Positions 1 through 10,543 of a stretch of DNA of 64,000 nucleotides are shown in pieces (position 1 is the stretch's first letter; every line of letters begins with the position of its first letter). A model generated the notes under the pieces. It saw only the letters and a program-made list of their open reading frames with translations. It was not told the origin of the DNA and ran no database searches. Where the stretch lies: positions 215 to 64,214 of the forward strand of contig CANSLW010000001.1 in the NCBI GenBank assembly GCA_947647815.1. Reading direction: 5' to 3'. A program made the position numbers and the translations under genes. Source of the DNA: an uncultured Dorea sp. (GTDB lineage Bacteria; Bacillota; Clostridia; Lachnospirales; Lachnospiraceae).

Positions 1-2
1 CA

Positions 3-161
3 AACAGAAAAGAAACAGAAAATAAGACAATTAGATTTCCATTGCCATTAGTAGAGAAGATAAATGAAACTATACAAAACAGGGAGGTTACTTTTTCAAG
101 CTTTGTAATTCAGGCATGTGAATATGCATTGGATAATATGGATTCGGAAGAAGAAAACTAA
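3..161 (+). CDS. 3' end of a small protein, possibly ribbon-helix-helix-like DNA-binding (5'-truncated by window)
   Basis: Manual translation NRKETENKTIRFPLPLVEKINETIQNREVTFSSFVIQACEYALDNMDSEEEN*; 'KTIRFP' strand followed by two helices. Confidence 0.5.
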   Translation, partial: NRKETENKTIRFPLPLVEKINETIQNREVTFSSFVIQACEYALDNMDSEEEN

Positions 162-603
162 TAAATAATAAGTAGATTCTTTATTGTAGGCATTAAATAA
201 ATTATGAATGATTATCAAATAACATAGTTAATCAAAAGCAAATAGGGAAACTTTGATATATTATTATATTAAAGTTTCCCTTGCTTATTTTCTGAGTAGA
301 TTATAATAACTTTTGAGTGCTTATCGCTCTTATCAAATCTGCCTGTTTCCAATCTATTTTGTTACCATCTGGATAAACAAGCTCTGGCATAACAGGTACA
401 ATTTCACTATATTGTATATTATCTTTTTTATTGATAGAATCATAAAATTCCTTTTTCTCCAGTTCTAATCAATATTTCTTAATTTTCTTAATAATAATAA
501 ATCAAAAGAACATAAAATCGAGGAAATAGAAAGAGCCCTTTCTGCTATCTGATATAGTATGAAAAGGCTCTTTTTCTATTCGTGTTCTATCATATCTTGA
601 ATA

Positions 604-631
604 TGAAAAAAACGCCGTATTCCGGCGTTTT
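604..631 (-). terminator. Intrinsic terminator downstream of tRNA-Trp
   Basis: AAAAAAACGCCGTATTCCGGCGTTTT hairpin flanked by A and T tracts. Confidence 0.7.
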
Positions 632-635
632 CTAA

Positions 636-706
636 CAGGGGATGAGAGAATCGAACTCCCGCCAAAGGTTTTGGAGACCCCTATCATACCACTTGACCAA
701 TCCCCT
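636..706 (-). tRNA. tRNA-Trp (CCA)
   Basis: Reverse complement AGGGGATTGGTCAAGTGGTATGATAGGGGTCTCCAAAACCTTTGGCGGGAGTTCGATTCTCTCATCCCCTG folds as a cloverleaf; anticodon CCA, T-loop GTTCGATT. Confidence 0.95.
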
Positions 707-843
707 ATCTATGTGTCTCAATCACACTAGATATTTATATCATATAATCTATATAGTTGTCAAGTGCCAAATTGCTTTGACACCTGATTTTTTTTATTTT
801 TTTACAAATTCCTGCATAATCTGTTTATTTTTCACAGTATTAA

Positions 844-1500
844 TTATTTTGCGGGTTGTACATTGCTAATGCCGATATCCATTCGTCTGAATACCCGGAG
901 CAATACATTTCCAAGAGCAAATACAAGAATTGCCGCTGCAATCGCTTCTGGAATACCTGATGCGGTGACTGTTCCCATGATCAGCCCCCATACTGCAGTG
1001 ACTGCAACATCTTTCGCCTGTGCATACTGTTGGGCGAATAACAGATAGATACTTCCCATTACGGTAATCGTGTTTACCATGGACCCGATAAAGCCTACAA
1101 GCGGAAGAGCGATTACCTGATTTAACTTCAGTCTGGTAAATAAGATCCACAGCCATCCTGCTGCAACTCCGATTAGTATCCGGCATCCTACGGATATCCA
1201 TATTGCTTTTAGTGCACCGGGAATCCCTGTCGTACTCATAAATGGAGAGAACGCAAAGGATAGAAGAGTCGGCGCCATGGTATTGCTGATTAGAGAACAG
1301 ATACCGAAGACTGCGCCAAGAATTGCCCCGGCAGAAGGCCCTAGCAGGATTGCTCCGATGATTACCGGAATGTGTACAGTTGTCGCCTTGATAATCGGCA
1401 ATTGAATCATACCGAGCGGTGTATTCGCCAGCACGATGACAATTGCAGCCATAAGTGCAACACTGACCATCCAACGAGTGTCATGCTTCTGTCTTTTCAT
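844..1500 (-). CDS. ECF transporter S component (PanT/pantothenate-like)
   Basis: 218 aa hydrophobic; 'TPLGMIQLPIIKATTVHIPVIIGAILLGP' is typical of PanT-type S components. Confidence 0.8.
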   Translation of the reverse strand: MKRQKHDTRWMVSVALMAAIVIVLANTPLGMIQLPIIKATTVHIPVIIGAILLGPSAGAILGAVFGICSLISNTMAPTLLSFAFSPFMSTTGIPGALKAIWISVGCRILIGVAAGWLWILFTRLKLNQVIALPLVGFIGSMVNTITVMGSIYLLFAQQYAQAKDVAVTAVWGLIMGTVTASGIPEAIAAAILVFALGNVLLRVFRRMDIGISNVQPAK

Positions 1501-1690
1501 TATTCAATTCCTCCTTGTTATCATTCTCACTTACGTGAGATACAATACAATTACCGGGATATTATAGCACCTGTTATATTGCGGGACAAGTGTTCAGAAG
1601 AAATAATGTGTATAAAAATGCGTACAGTCCATTGTCCGAAGCGGTATTTTTTGTTATATTGTAACTATTCAGTATAGGGGAGGAATTCTT

Positions 1691-1966
1691 ATGTTGTTTA
1701 TGCGAAAAAGTACTAAATCAGCGGCAAAGGGTAAAAAAGTCCAATCAGGTAAGCCGGCGGCTAAGAGTGTAAAGGTCCAATCAAGTAAATCGTCGGCAGA
1801 CGCAGGAAAGGCACAGGATAAAAGTGATGAGATGCTTGCCAAATTGATGGAGATTGAAAAAGAGACAAGACTAAAACAGGTAAGGGACAATGTTGATAAG
1901 CTGGAAAGTGAGAAGATAGCGGAGAATATCGAACTTTTGTTAAAGATTATGCATTCAGGAGAATAA
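1691..1966 (+). CDS. Small Lys-rich hypothetical protein
   Basis: 91 aa ORF with strong RBS (GGGGAGG) upstream. Confidence 0.55.
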   Translation: MLFMRKSTKSAAKGKKVQSGKPAAKSVKVQSSKSSADAGKAQDKSDEMLAKLMEIEKETRLKQVRDNVDKLESEKIAENIELLLKIMHSGE

Positions 1967-2028
1967 GAAAAATAGAATAATATCAGGAAAAGGAAGAAGG
2001 GATTGAGATTAATACTAGAAAATGGGGA

Positions 2029-4008
2029 TTGATCGTTCGTTTCTTTGAAGGATCTAAAAAATATTTTGCAGCCGCAATTATCACATCACTGGCGACAACG
2101 GTGCTGAATTCTTTGACACCGCAGATATTCCGGTTCAGTATTGATTCTGTGCTGGGCGGCAGCAAATATGCATACCTGTCAGAACATCTCTGGATTCTGG
2201 CGCTGCTGCTTGTCGCTGTGGCAATATTGTCGGGACTGTCCCAGTATGCCTGCAGGGCGAATACGGCGCTGGCAGGGGAGAATTTTGCGAAGAATATGCG
2301 GGACGCATTGTTCGTCCATGTACAGAAGCTGCCCATGAGCTGGCATGATAAGAACCAGACAGGGGACATTATCCAGAGGTGTACTTCGGATGTGGAGGTA
2401 ATCCGCAACTTTGTTGTGACACAATTATTGGAGGTATTCCGGACCGTATTTCTGATTGTGACGTCATTTACCATGATGTTATCCATGAATGTGAAGCTGT
2501 CTTTGATTGTACTATTGTTCGTGCCGGTTGTTGTGCTGTATTCGGCAATATTCTACCGGCTGATTGCGAAGCGTTTTGTCGTAGCGGACGAGGCGGAGGG
2601 AGAATTGTCCACGGTGGTTCAGGAGAACGCCACAGGGGTCCGGGTAGTGCGTGCATTTGGAAGGGAACAGTTTGAGATGGACAGGTTTTGCGAGAAGAAC
2701 GAACATTTTGCAAAGCTCTGGATACGGCTTGGTACTTTGTCCGGAATGTATTGGGGCGTTGGCGATCTGATTACCGGGCTTCAGGTGGTCACGGTGATTG
2801 TTCTTGGGGCTGTGGAGGCAGTGCATGGTAATATCTCGGTAGGAGAATTCATAGCATTTGCGTCCTATAATACAACGCTTGTGTGGCCGATACGAGGGCT
2901 CGGGCGTATTCTGTCGGATATGAGCAAGGCAGGAGTTTCCTTTGAGCGTGTGGACTATATTATACGGGCGGAAGAAGAAACATACGGGTTGAGTAAGGAA
3001 GCAGGAGATACAAAGAAGCATGCTAAGGATGGGCAGATTATGAGAGGCGGGGCTGCCGTCAGTTCAAGATGGCCTGACGAGCCGTATAAGGAAAATCAGA
3101 AAACAGATGATATAGAAGAGCAGTTCGATATCACGTTTAGCCATGTGAATTTCGGATATGAGGAAGGGAAAGAAGTCCTTTCAGATATTACATTCCGGAT
3201 TCCGCAAGGGTGTACCTTTGGTATCTTAGGCGGCACCGGAAGCGGAAAATCAACGATTGTACAGCTCCTGACACGCCTGTATGAAGTGGGGGACGGACGA
3301 GGGTGCATTATGATCGGAGGGCAGGATATCCGCAAGATTCCGCTTGAAAAGCTTCGAAGCAACGTGGGGATGGTTCTGCAGGAGCCTTTCCTGTATTCTA
3401 GGACAATTCGTGAGAATATCGCGGCGGCAAGGCCGGACGCATCTTTCGAAGAGATCCGCCGTGTGGCGAAGATTGCATGTATCGACGATGCAATCATGAA
3501 TTTCCCGGATGGTTATGATACGTTAGTGGGAGAGCGCGGAGTCACACTGTCAGGCGGACAGCGGCAGAGGGTGGCGATTGCGAGGATGTTACTTCAAAAA
3601 GCTCCTGTCATGGTATTCGATGATTCATTGTCAGCCGTTGATTCTCAGACGGATTCCCTGATTCGGAAAGCCTTGAAAGAACATATGAAAGATGCGGCAG
3701 TGATTCTGATCTCACATAGGGTTACCACGCTTATGGGTGCGGATCAGATCATGGTGCTGAATCATGGGAAGATCGAGGAGATGGGAACTCATCAGGAACT
3801 GATACAGAACCACGGAATCTACCGGCGGATCTATGATATCCAGATGAGCCAGGATGACAGAGAGAGTATGCATACCGGCATGAAACGTATATCAAGTAAC
3901 AGAGAAAGCATGTTAGAGGGCGATGCCAGTGTACCGGATACAAGTACACCGGATATCAGGATATATGCAGAGAATGAGAAGGGAGTGACAGAAAATGGCG
4001 GCATATGA
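2029..4008 (+). CDS. ABC exporter, fused TMD-NBD subunit A
   Basis: N-terminal TM domain, Walker A GGTGSGKS, LSGGQRQR, degenerate Walker B VFDD; start uncertain. Confidence 0.9.
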   Translation: MIVRFFEGSKKYFAAAIITSLATTVLNSLTPQIFRFSIDSVLGGSKYAYLSEHLWILALLLVAVAILSGLSQYACRANTALAGENFAKNMRDALFVHVQKLPMSWHDKNQTGDIIQRCTSDVEVIRNFVVTQLLEVFRTVFLIVTSFTMMLSMNVKLSLIVLLFVPVVVLYSAIFYRLIAKRFVVADEAEGELSTVVQENATGVRVVRAFGREQFEMDRFCEKNEHFAKLWIRLGTLSGMYWGVGDLITGLQVVTVIVLGAVEAVHGNISVGEFIAFASYNTTLVWPIRGLGRILSDMSKAGVSFERVDYIIRAEEETYGLSKEAGDTKKHAKDGQIMRGGAAVSSRWPDEPYKENQKTDDIEEQFDITFSHVNFGYEEGKEVLSDITFRIPQGCTFGILGGTGSGKSTIVQLLTRLYEVGDGRGCIMIGGQDIRKIPLEKLRSNVGMVLQEPFLYSRTIRENIAAARPDASFEEIRRVAKIACIDDAIMNFPDGYDTLVGERGVTLSGGQRQRVAIARMLLQKAPVMVFDDSLSAVDSQTDSLIRKALKEHMKDAAVILISHRVTTLMGADQIMVLNHGKIEEMGTHQELIQNHGIYRRIYDIQMSQDDRESMHTGMKRISSNRESMLEGDASVPDTSTPDIRIYAENEKGVTENGGI

Positions 4009-5839
4009 AGAACAAGAGTATAACAAACCATTCAGCCTTAAGACCTGGGCAAAGATGCTGCCTTTTTTTGCCCCTTACCGGAAATATTTTGCGGTCACGC
4101 TGGGATTGAACATTCTTCTCGCAGGAATCGATGTTGTGGTGCCGCTATTCCAGAGTTATGCGATTGACAGATTTATTACTCCCGATACCTTACAAGGGTT
4201 GGAGAGATTTGCGGCTGTCTATGTGGCGGTGATCGTTGCCCAGACTCTTTGTGTCTATTGGTCTGTACGTGCGGCGACGACGATTGAGATGAATGTTGGG
4301 AAGGATCTGAAATGGGCACAGTTTGAACATCTGCAGACCTTGTCATTTTCTTATTACAATACTACACCGGTGGGGTATATCCATGCCAGAGTCATGAGTG
4401 ATACACTGCGGATTGCTACCATGGTGGCGTGGGGCCTGGTGGATATGTTCTGGGCGCTGATCTATGTGGTCAGTGTCTTTGGAATCATGTTTATGCTGAA
4501 TGCAAGACTGGCGCTGATTATTCTGGTTATCGTGCCATGTATCGCGGTTCTGACGGTTTATTTCCAGAATAAGATCCTTCACTGGAACCGAAAGGTGAGG
4601 AAGATTAATTCGCAGATTACCAGTGCATACAATGAAGGTATCACCGGAGTCAGGACATCGAAGAGCATGGTGATCGAAAGAGATAATGAGAAAGCATTTT
4701 TCCAGAGGACAACCGATATGCAGCGCGCGGCAAGCCGTTCTGCGAAGCTAAATGCCGTCTATATACCGACGATCCTGCTGTTCAGTTCTGTTGCGGCGGC
4801 AATTGTACTGGCACAGGGCGGTTACATGGTCAGGGAGGATATCATGCGTCTGGGAACGCTGTCGGTATTCATATCTTATGCGGTAATTATCTTTGAACCA
4901 ATTCAGCAGCTGGCAAGGCTTCTGGCGGAACTGATTTCCTGCCAGGCGAATATTGAGCGGGTGATGGATCTGTTGGAGCAGAAGCCGAATGTGGTGGACA
5001 GGGAAGAGGTTGTTGAAAAATACGGGGATGCATTTCATCCTAAGAAAGAGAACTGGGAGAAGATTCAGGGTGATATTGTGTTTGAGGACGTTTCTTTTAT
5101 GTATCCGGACGGGAAAGAGTATGTTCTGGAGCATTTTAACCTGCACGTTCCGGCGGGGATGAATGTGGCGATCGTCGGGGAGACAGGAGCGGGCAAATCA
5201 ACGCTTGTGAATCTGGCGGGACGTTTCTTCGAACCGACGAAGGGACGGATTCTGATTGACGGGGTGGATTACAGGGAGCGTTCCCAATTGTGGCTTCACA
5301 GCCAGATTGGATATGTCCTGCAGAATCCCCACCTGTTCTCAGGTACTGTGAGGGAGAATATCCGCTATGGAAGATTGGATGCAACGGATGAAGAAGTGGA
5401 AGAGGCGGCGAGGAACGTTTCTGCGGATGAGGTGGTAAGGAAACTGGAAGACGGATATGACAGTGATGTCGGCGAGAGCGGAGGCAGGCTGTCTACAGGA
5501 GAGAAACAGCTGATCTCATTTGCAAGGGCAATTCTGGCGGATCCGGCTATCTTTGTGCTGGATGAGGCGACTTCTTCTATCGATACGCAGACGGAACAGT
5601 TGATTCAGCAGGCGACGGCGAGACTGCTTAGAGGGCATACTTCCTTTATCATTGCCCATAGATTGTCTACTATAAGGCAGGCGGATTTAATCCTGGTGGT
5701 GAAAGACGGGAAGATCATAGAGCGCGGGACACACAGGGAATTGTTGGACGCAGGGGGATACTATCATGATCTGTATTCCAAGCAATTTGAAGAAGAGGCT
5801 TCGATGAGAATATTTGATAACTATCAGGAACAACTGTAG
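3995..5839 (+). CDS. ABC exporter, fused TMD-NBD subunit B (heterodimer partner)
   Basis: GETGAGKS, LSTGEKQ, VLDEATS, IAHRLST; overlaps the previous gene. Confidence 0.9.
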   Translation: MAAYEEQEYNKPFSLKTWAKMLPFFAPYRKYFAVTLGLNILLAGIDVVVPLFQSYAIDRFITPDTLQGLERFAAVYVAVIVAQTLCVYWSVRAATTIEMNVGKDLKWAQFEHLQTLSFSYYNTTPVGYIHARVMSDTLRIATMVAWGLVDMFWALIYVVSVFGIMFMLNARLALIILVIVPCIAVLTVYFQNKILHWNRKVRKINSQITSAYNEGITGVRTSKSMVIERDNEKAFFQRTTDMQRAASRSAKLNAVYIPTILLFSSVAAAIVLAQGGYMVREDIMRLGTLSVFISYAVIIFEPIQQLARLLAELISCQANIERVMDLLEQKPNVVDREEVVEKYGDAFHPKKENWEKIQGDIVFEDVSFMYPDGKEYVLEHFNLHVPAGMNVAIVGETGAGKSTLVNLAGRFFEPTKGRILIDGVDYRERSQLWLHSQIGYVLQNPHLFSGTVRENIRYGRLDATDEEVEEAARNVSADEVVRKLEDGYDSDVGESGGRLSTGEKQLISFARAILADPAIFVLDEATSSIDTQTEQLIQQATARLLRGHTSFIIAHRLSTIRQADLILVVKDGKIIERGTHRELLDAGGYYHDLYSKQFEEEASMRIFDNYQEQL

Positions 5840-5916
5840 TGAGAAGGAATTAAGCAAGAACTCTTCAGGAAGTTCCTCATATATTAAAATAACGGATTGT
5901 TATTGCATAATATGAG

Positions 5917-6693
5917 GTGAGAAGAATGAATGGGATTCTGTGGACATTCTTAGGGACATTGCTGACCTTTTCTGTGACGACGCTTGGTGCGGCGGGAGTA
6001 TTCTTCGTAAGGAAGGATATGGGAGGGAAGATTCAGAGCGGATTCTTAGGGTTTGCCGGAGGGGTCATGGTGGCGGCTTCGGTGTGGTCGTTGCTGCTTC
6101 CGGGTATCGAATTTGCAGAAGAGAATGGCCAGATCAGCTGGCTGGTCATTACCGGAGGATTTCTGCTTGGCGTGGTGCTGCTTCTGGCGGTGGATTATCT
6201 GATCGGGAAGTGGGAACATCTGAGAGTAAAGAAGAATGCGGCTATGCTGGTAACGGCAATTACGGCGCATAATATACCGGAAGGGATGGCGATTGGCCTT
6301 GCGTTCGCACTTGCGGCGCAGAATCTTAAGGAACCGGCGCTTCTGTCCGGTGCGATTGCACTTACGATAGGTATTGCGATTCAGAATTTCCCGGAAGGAA
6401 CGGCGGTCGCCCTTCCCCTGATTCAGAATGGATTCAGTAGGCGCAAAGCATTCTTTGTCGGCAGCATGTCGGCAGTGGTGGAGCCAGTATTCGGTGTGGC
6501 TGCGGCAGCGCTTGCAGGGGCAGTGCGGATTGGCATGCCCTGGTTTCTGTCTTTTGCCGCAGGTGCGATGATCTACGTAGTGGTGCAGGAGCTGATACCG
6601 GAGGCGTATGCCGGAGAAGGAGAGAAGTCCGGGACGTTGGGATTTATCGTCGGTTTCCTGGTTATGATGATTCTTGATGTGGCGCTGGGGTAG
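5917..6693 (+). CDS. ZIP family (ZupT/GufA) metal transporter
   Basis: HNIPEGMAIG and IQNFPEG motifs. Confidence 0.9.
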   Translation: MRRMNGILWTFLGTLLTFSVTTLGAAGVFFVRKDMGGKIQSGFLGFAGGVMVAASVWSLLLPGIEFAEENGQISWLVITGGFLLGVVLLLAVDYLIGKWEHLRVKKNAAMLVTAITAHNIPEGMAIGLAFALAAQNLKEPALLSGAIALTIGIAIQNFPEGTAVALPLIQNGFSRRKAFFVGSMSAVVEPVFGVAAAALAGAVRIGMPWFLSFAAGAMIYVVVQELIPEAYAGEGEKSGTLGFIVGFLVMMILDVALG

Positions 6694-6817
6694 AAAGTGG
6701 TCTTGAATATCATCTGGCCCGTACATGATTCCTGCATGATAAGCACATGCATAAAGAAATATTGCAGGATAAACAAGAGCTAATGAATATAGAAGAAGCT
6801 AAGGAAAGCAGGTACAT

Positions 6818-7510
6818 ATGCAGGAGATAAACATACTTACGAAACTTCCGTTCTTCCGGAACGTGAAAGAAGAGACGACAGAGGGATTATGGAGGGCAGG
6901 GAAAGTAACAGAAGCGCCGAAAGGCAGGATTCTGTTCCGTGCCAAAGAACTGGTAGAGACCGTGTATTTCCAGTTGTCGGGCAAATCCATGCTCTATAAT
7001 CTTACACATACAGGACAACGCAAGATCGTCTTTATCTTCGGGAAAGGAATTCTGCTGAATGATCACGTGGTAAACGTACATGAGGCATCGCTGTATTGCG
7101 AGACGATAGAGAAGAGCCGGATCTTCATGGTATCAGCGCAGGAGTTCCTGCATTGGATGGAACTGGACTTTGCACTGACGAAGGAAGTGATGATCACCCA
7201 GGAGTGGAAGATGTGGCGTCTGGGACACCAGCTTAAGAATACGACCGGAAGTATCTATATGGAGAGAAAACTGGCGGCGAAGCTGTGGAAGCTGGCAAGG
7301 GATTTTGGAAGAGAGACGCCGGAAGGCCTGGAGATAGATATCAACATGTCCGTGACATTTCTGGCGGATATGCTGGGTGCGCCGAGAGAGACAACTTCCA
7401 GGCTTTGTAAGACACTTACAGATTATGGGCTGATCCGTATGGAGAAAAAGCGGATTGTGATTACGGATTCTCATAAAATGTCGATGTTTTATAAGACCGG
7501 GGAGATATGA
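6818..7510 (+). CDS. Crp/Fnr family transcriptional regulator
   Basis: cNMP-binding-like N-terminus; HTH 'LADMLGAPRETTSR'. Confidence 0.9.
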   Translation: MQEINILTKLPFFRNVKEETTEGLWRAGKVTEAPKGRILFRAKELVETVYFQLSGKSMLYNLTHTGQRKIVFIFGKGILLNDHVVNVHEASLYCETIEKSRIFMVSAQEFLHWMELDFALTKEVMITQEWKMWRLGHQLKNTTGSIYMERKLAAKLWKLARDFGRETPEGLEIDINMSVTFLADMLGAPRETTSRLCKTLTDYGLIRMEKKRIVITDSHKMSMFYKTGEI

Positions 7511-7599
7511 TCGTCTGTGTGGCTACAGTTTGTATATGAGAAATCTTACATGCGGTTTTGTATTAGGCGAAATATTACAATAGAATAAGCATGATTTTA

Positions 7600-7629
7600 A
7601 AAATTCTGTGATAAAAGTCACAGAATTTT
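7600..7629. promoter_or_regulatory. Crp/Fnr-type operator TGTGA-N6-TCACA upstream of asrA
   Basis: AAAATTCTGTGA-TAAAAG-TCACAGAATTTT, perfect 12-bp arms, located between the Crp/Fnr gene and asrA. Confidence 0.8.
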
Positions 7630-7734
7630 TTTTGTGCAGTTGATAAAATATTGTCAAATATACAGTTGGATTCTGGAATTACGAGAAAGTAGGAACAAAG
7701 GCTGTACTTTGACACATGAGAGAAAGGAGTCGTT

Positions 7735-8736
7735 ATGGGATATCAATTAGGAAAGGCAGATGCAGAAGCTCTGTTTAGAAACTGGGCAAAGCGTTACGAT
7801 ATCTTTGCACCTGTGTTGATGGAAGGGGAAGGATGTTTTTCGGATACGGATGTGATTCGTTACGGTAAGGTTTCTTCCCTGGATGAGATTGTGTGGGATA
7901 AGAAGTCTGATTATTCATTCAAAGAGGTACTGCTTCATATCAACGAGACATTGTTTTATTTTACGGAAGATGAGACTGCCGTGCCTAAGGGACCGCAGAA
8001 GGATATTCTGATCTTCCTGCGGGCATGTGACCTTCATGCAGTGAAAAGGCTGGATGAGATCTATCTGAAGAATGGATTCGAGGATTTCTATTATGCCAGA
8101 ATCCGTGAACGCGCAAGATTCATCCTGATGGGATGCGGGACTACCTGTTCATCTGGTTTCTGTGTGAGCATGGGAACGAATCAGGCGGACAATTATGATG
8201 CGTATCTGAAAATAGACGGAGAACAGGTATATGCGGATATCCGGTGGGAGGAATGGAAGGCGGATATGGAACAGGCGCCAGGAGTGCAAAAGACGGAGGT
8301 ATCGCCGGATTCGGTGACGGAGAACCAGGAGAAGGTTACACTGCCTAAGCAATTGTCCAATGAAAGCTTTGGAAAAGAGATCTGGAAGGAATATGGAGAC
8401 CGGTGTATCGGATGCGGCCGCTGTAATTTTGTCTGTCCGACCTGTACCTGCTTCACCATGCAGGACATTTTCTATAAGGATAATCCCAAGGCAGGGGAGC
8501 GTAGAAGGGTATGGGCGTCCTGTCAGGTAGACGGATATACGGACATGGCAGGCGGAATCGCTTTTCGCAAGACGCAGGGAGAGCGTATGCGTTTCAAAGT
8601 GATGCATAAGATCTATGATTACGAGAAGAGGTTTGGCTATCCTATGTGCGTAGGATGCGGCCGTTGTGATGATGTATGTCCGGAATATATCTCTTATTCC
8701 AATTGTATCAACCGTTTAGCAAAGGAGGAGCAGTGA
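7735..8736 (+). CDS. asrA: Anaerobic sulfite reductase subunit A
   Basis: LRACDLHA, CIGCGRCNFVCPTCTCF, CVGCGRCDDVCPEYI. Confidence 0.9.
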   Translation: MGYQLGKADAEALFRNWAKRYDIFAPVLMEGEGCFSDTDVIRYGKVSSLDEIVWDKKSDYSFKEVLLHINETLFYFTEDETAVPKGPQKDILIFLRACDLHAVKRLDEIYLKNGFEDFYYARIRERARFILMGCGTTCSSGFCVSMGTNQADNYDAYLKIDGEQVYADIRWEEWKADMEQAPGVQKTEVSPDSVTENQEKVTLPKQLSNESFGKEIWKEYGDRCIGCGRCNFVCPTCTCFTMQDIFYKDNPKAGERRRVWASCQVDGYTDMAGGIAFRKTQGERMRFKVMHKIYDYEKRFGYPMCVGCGRCDDVCPEYISYSNCINRLAKEEQ

Positions 8737-8737
8737 T

Positions 8738-9529
8738 ATGAAGAATGAATATATTCCTCAGTTGTCTACTATTAGAGAGGTAATCAGACATACGGACCTT
8801 GAATATACCTTCCGGATGGAATTTGACGGGGAGACGAAGCCGGGACAGTTTTTTGAGGTGTCCATCCCGAAGTATGGCGAGGCGCCGATCTCAGTCAGCG
8901 GAATCGGAGACGGAACGGTAGACTTTACCATCCGAAGGGTGGGAAAGGTGACCAATGAGATCTTCGAAAATTATGTGGGAGACCGCATATTTATCCGGGG
9001 GCCTTATGGAAATGGATTTGACATGGATACATACAAGGGGAAAGAACTGGTTGTGATCGCCGGGGGAACCGGACTCTCCCCGGTGCGCGGAGTGGTGGAT
9101 TATTTTGCTCGTCATGAGAAGGAAGCGAAAAGCACAACGTTAATAGCAGGTTTCAAGTCACCGGACGACGTGTTGTTCCGGGAAGATTTTGCATACTGGA
9201 AGGATCGTATCCGGGTGATTCAGACGGTAGATAAGGCGCCGGAAGGATATGAGGGATTGGTAGGAATGGTCACAAAGTATGTTCCGGATCTGAAGTTTGC
9301 GGATATAGAGGATGCGGCGTTCATCTGCGTGGGGCCTCCGGTTATGATCAAGTTCACGGTGATGGAGATTCTGAAACTTGGAGTGAAGGAAGAGCAGATC
9401 TGGATATCCAATGAGCGGAAGATGTGCTGCGGTCTTGGGAAATGCGGACACTGTAAGATGGGGGCGACCTATATCTGTCTGGACGGACCGGTATTCAATT
9501 ATGTAGACGGCAAAGAGCTGATTGATTAG
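8738..9529 (+). CDS. asrB: Anaerobic sulfite reductase subunit B
   Basis: GEAPIS, RGPYGNGF, AGGTGLSP, ERKMCCGLGKCGHC...CLDGPVF. Confidence 0.9.
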   Translation: MKNEYIPQLSTIREVIRHTDLEYTFRMEFDGETKPGQFFEVSIPKYGEAPISVSGIGDGTVDFTIRRVGKVTNEIFENYVGDRIFIRGPYGNGFDMDTYKGKELVVIAGGTGLSPVRGVVDYFARHEKEAKSTTLIAGFKSPDDVLFREDFAYWKDRIRVIQTVDKAPEGYEGLVGMVTKYVPDLKFADIEDAAFICVGPPVMIKFTVMEILKLGVKEEQIWISNERKMCCGLGKCGHCKMGATYICLDGPVFNYVDGKELID

Positions 9530-9540
9530 GAGGTGTCAGA

Positions 9541-10515
9541 ATGGGTCTGGATATCAATACAAAGAAATTGAAGAAGAATGCATTCCGGGTATCGAAAGTA
9601 CGCGGAGTTGGCGCATCAAGGATTCGTGTGCCGGGCGGTTACCTGAATGCGAAAGTGCTTGGCATGGTGCAGGAGATTGCAGAAGAATATGGGAATGGGT
9701 ATGTCCATCTGACTACCAGGCAGGGCTTTGAGATTGAGGGAATCCGTTATGAAGATATGGACGCCATCAATGAGAAGCTGCAGCCGATTATCGAGATGTT
9801 AGAAATCAACCAGACGGATCCGAAGACCGGATATCCGGCGTCCGGGACCAGGAATATCAGCGCCTGTATCGGAAACAATGTCTGTCCGTTTGCCAATTAT
9901 AATACGGCGGAGTTGGCAAAACGAATTGAAAAGGCAGTATTTCCGAATGACCTGCATTTTAAGATTGCCTGTACGGGATGCTCGAATGACTGTGCCAAGG
10001 CAAGGATGCATGATTTTGGGATTATCGGTATGACAATGCCCCAATATGACCCTATGCGGTGCGTGAACTGCCAGGCATGTGTCAAGGGGTGCCAGAAGCT
10101 GTCGGTTGCTGCCCTTCGGGTGGAGAATTATAAGATTGTGCGGGATGAAGAGAAATGTATCGGATGCGGCGTCTGCATTACCAAGTGTCCGACCAGGGCG
10201 CTGACCAGAAGTAAGAAGAAATATTATAAGCTTACCATCATGGGAAGAACGGGAAAGAAGAATCCCCGTCTGGGAGAAGATTTCCTGGTGTGGGCGGATG
10301 CAGACAATATTATCAAGATTATCCTGAATACCTACAAGTTTGTAGAAAAGTATATTTCACCGGACGCTCCGGCAAGGAAGGAGCATATCGGGTATATTAT
10401 TGACCGTGTCGGGTTTGAAGAATATAAGAAATGGGCGCTTGAAGGGGTGGAACTGATGCCGGAGACGCAGATGAAGCATTGTGTCTACTGGTCGGGGATT
10501 CACTATACCCGGTAG
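9541..10515 (+). CDS. asrC: Anaerobic sulfite reductase subunit C (siroheme)
   Basis: HLTTRQG, RNISACIGNNVC, KIACTGCSNDC, two ferredoxin motifs. Confidence 0.9.
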   Translation: MGLDINTKKLKKNAFRVSKVRGVGASRIRVPGGYLNAKVLGMVQEIAEEYGNGYVHLTTRQGFEIEGIRYEDMDAINEKLQPIIEMLEINQTDPKTGYPASGTRNISACIGNNVCPFANYNTAELAKRIEKAVFPNDLHFKIACTGCSNDCAKARMHDFGIIGMTMPQYDPMRCVNCQACVKGCQKLSVAALRVENYKIVRDEEKCIGCGVCITKCPTRALTRSKKKYYKLTIMGRTGKKNPRLGEDFLVWADADNIIKIILNTYKFVEKYISPDAPARKEHIGYIIDRVGFEEYKKWALEGVELMPETQMKHCVYWSGIHYTR

Positions 10516-10543
10516 ACGATAAAAGGAAAGTGAGGATACACGA

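Noticed and set aside
502-869. ORFs 502..687(-) and 642..869(+)
   Set aside because: They overlap tRNA-Trp and its terminator; no protein features.
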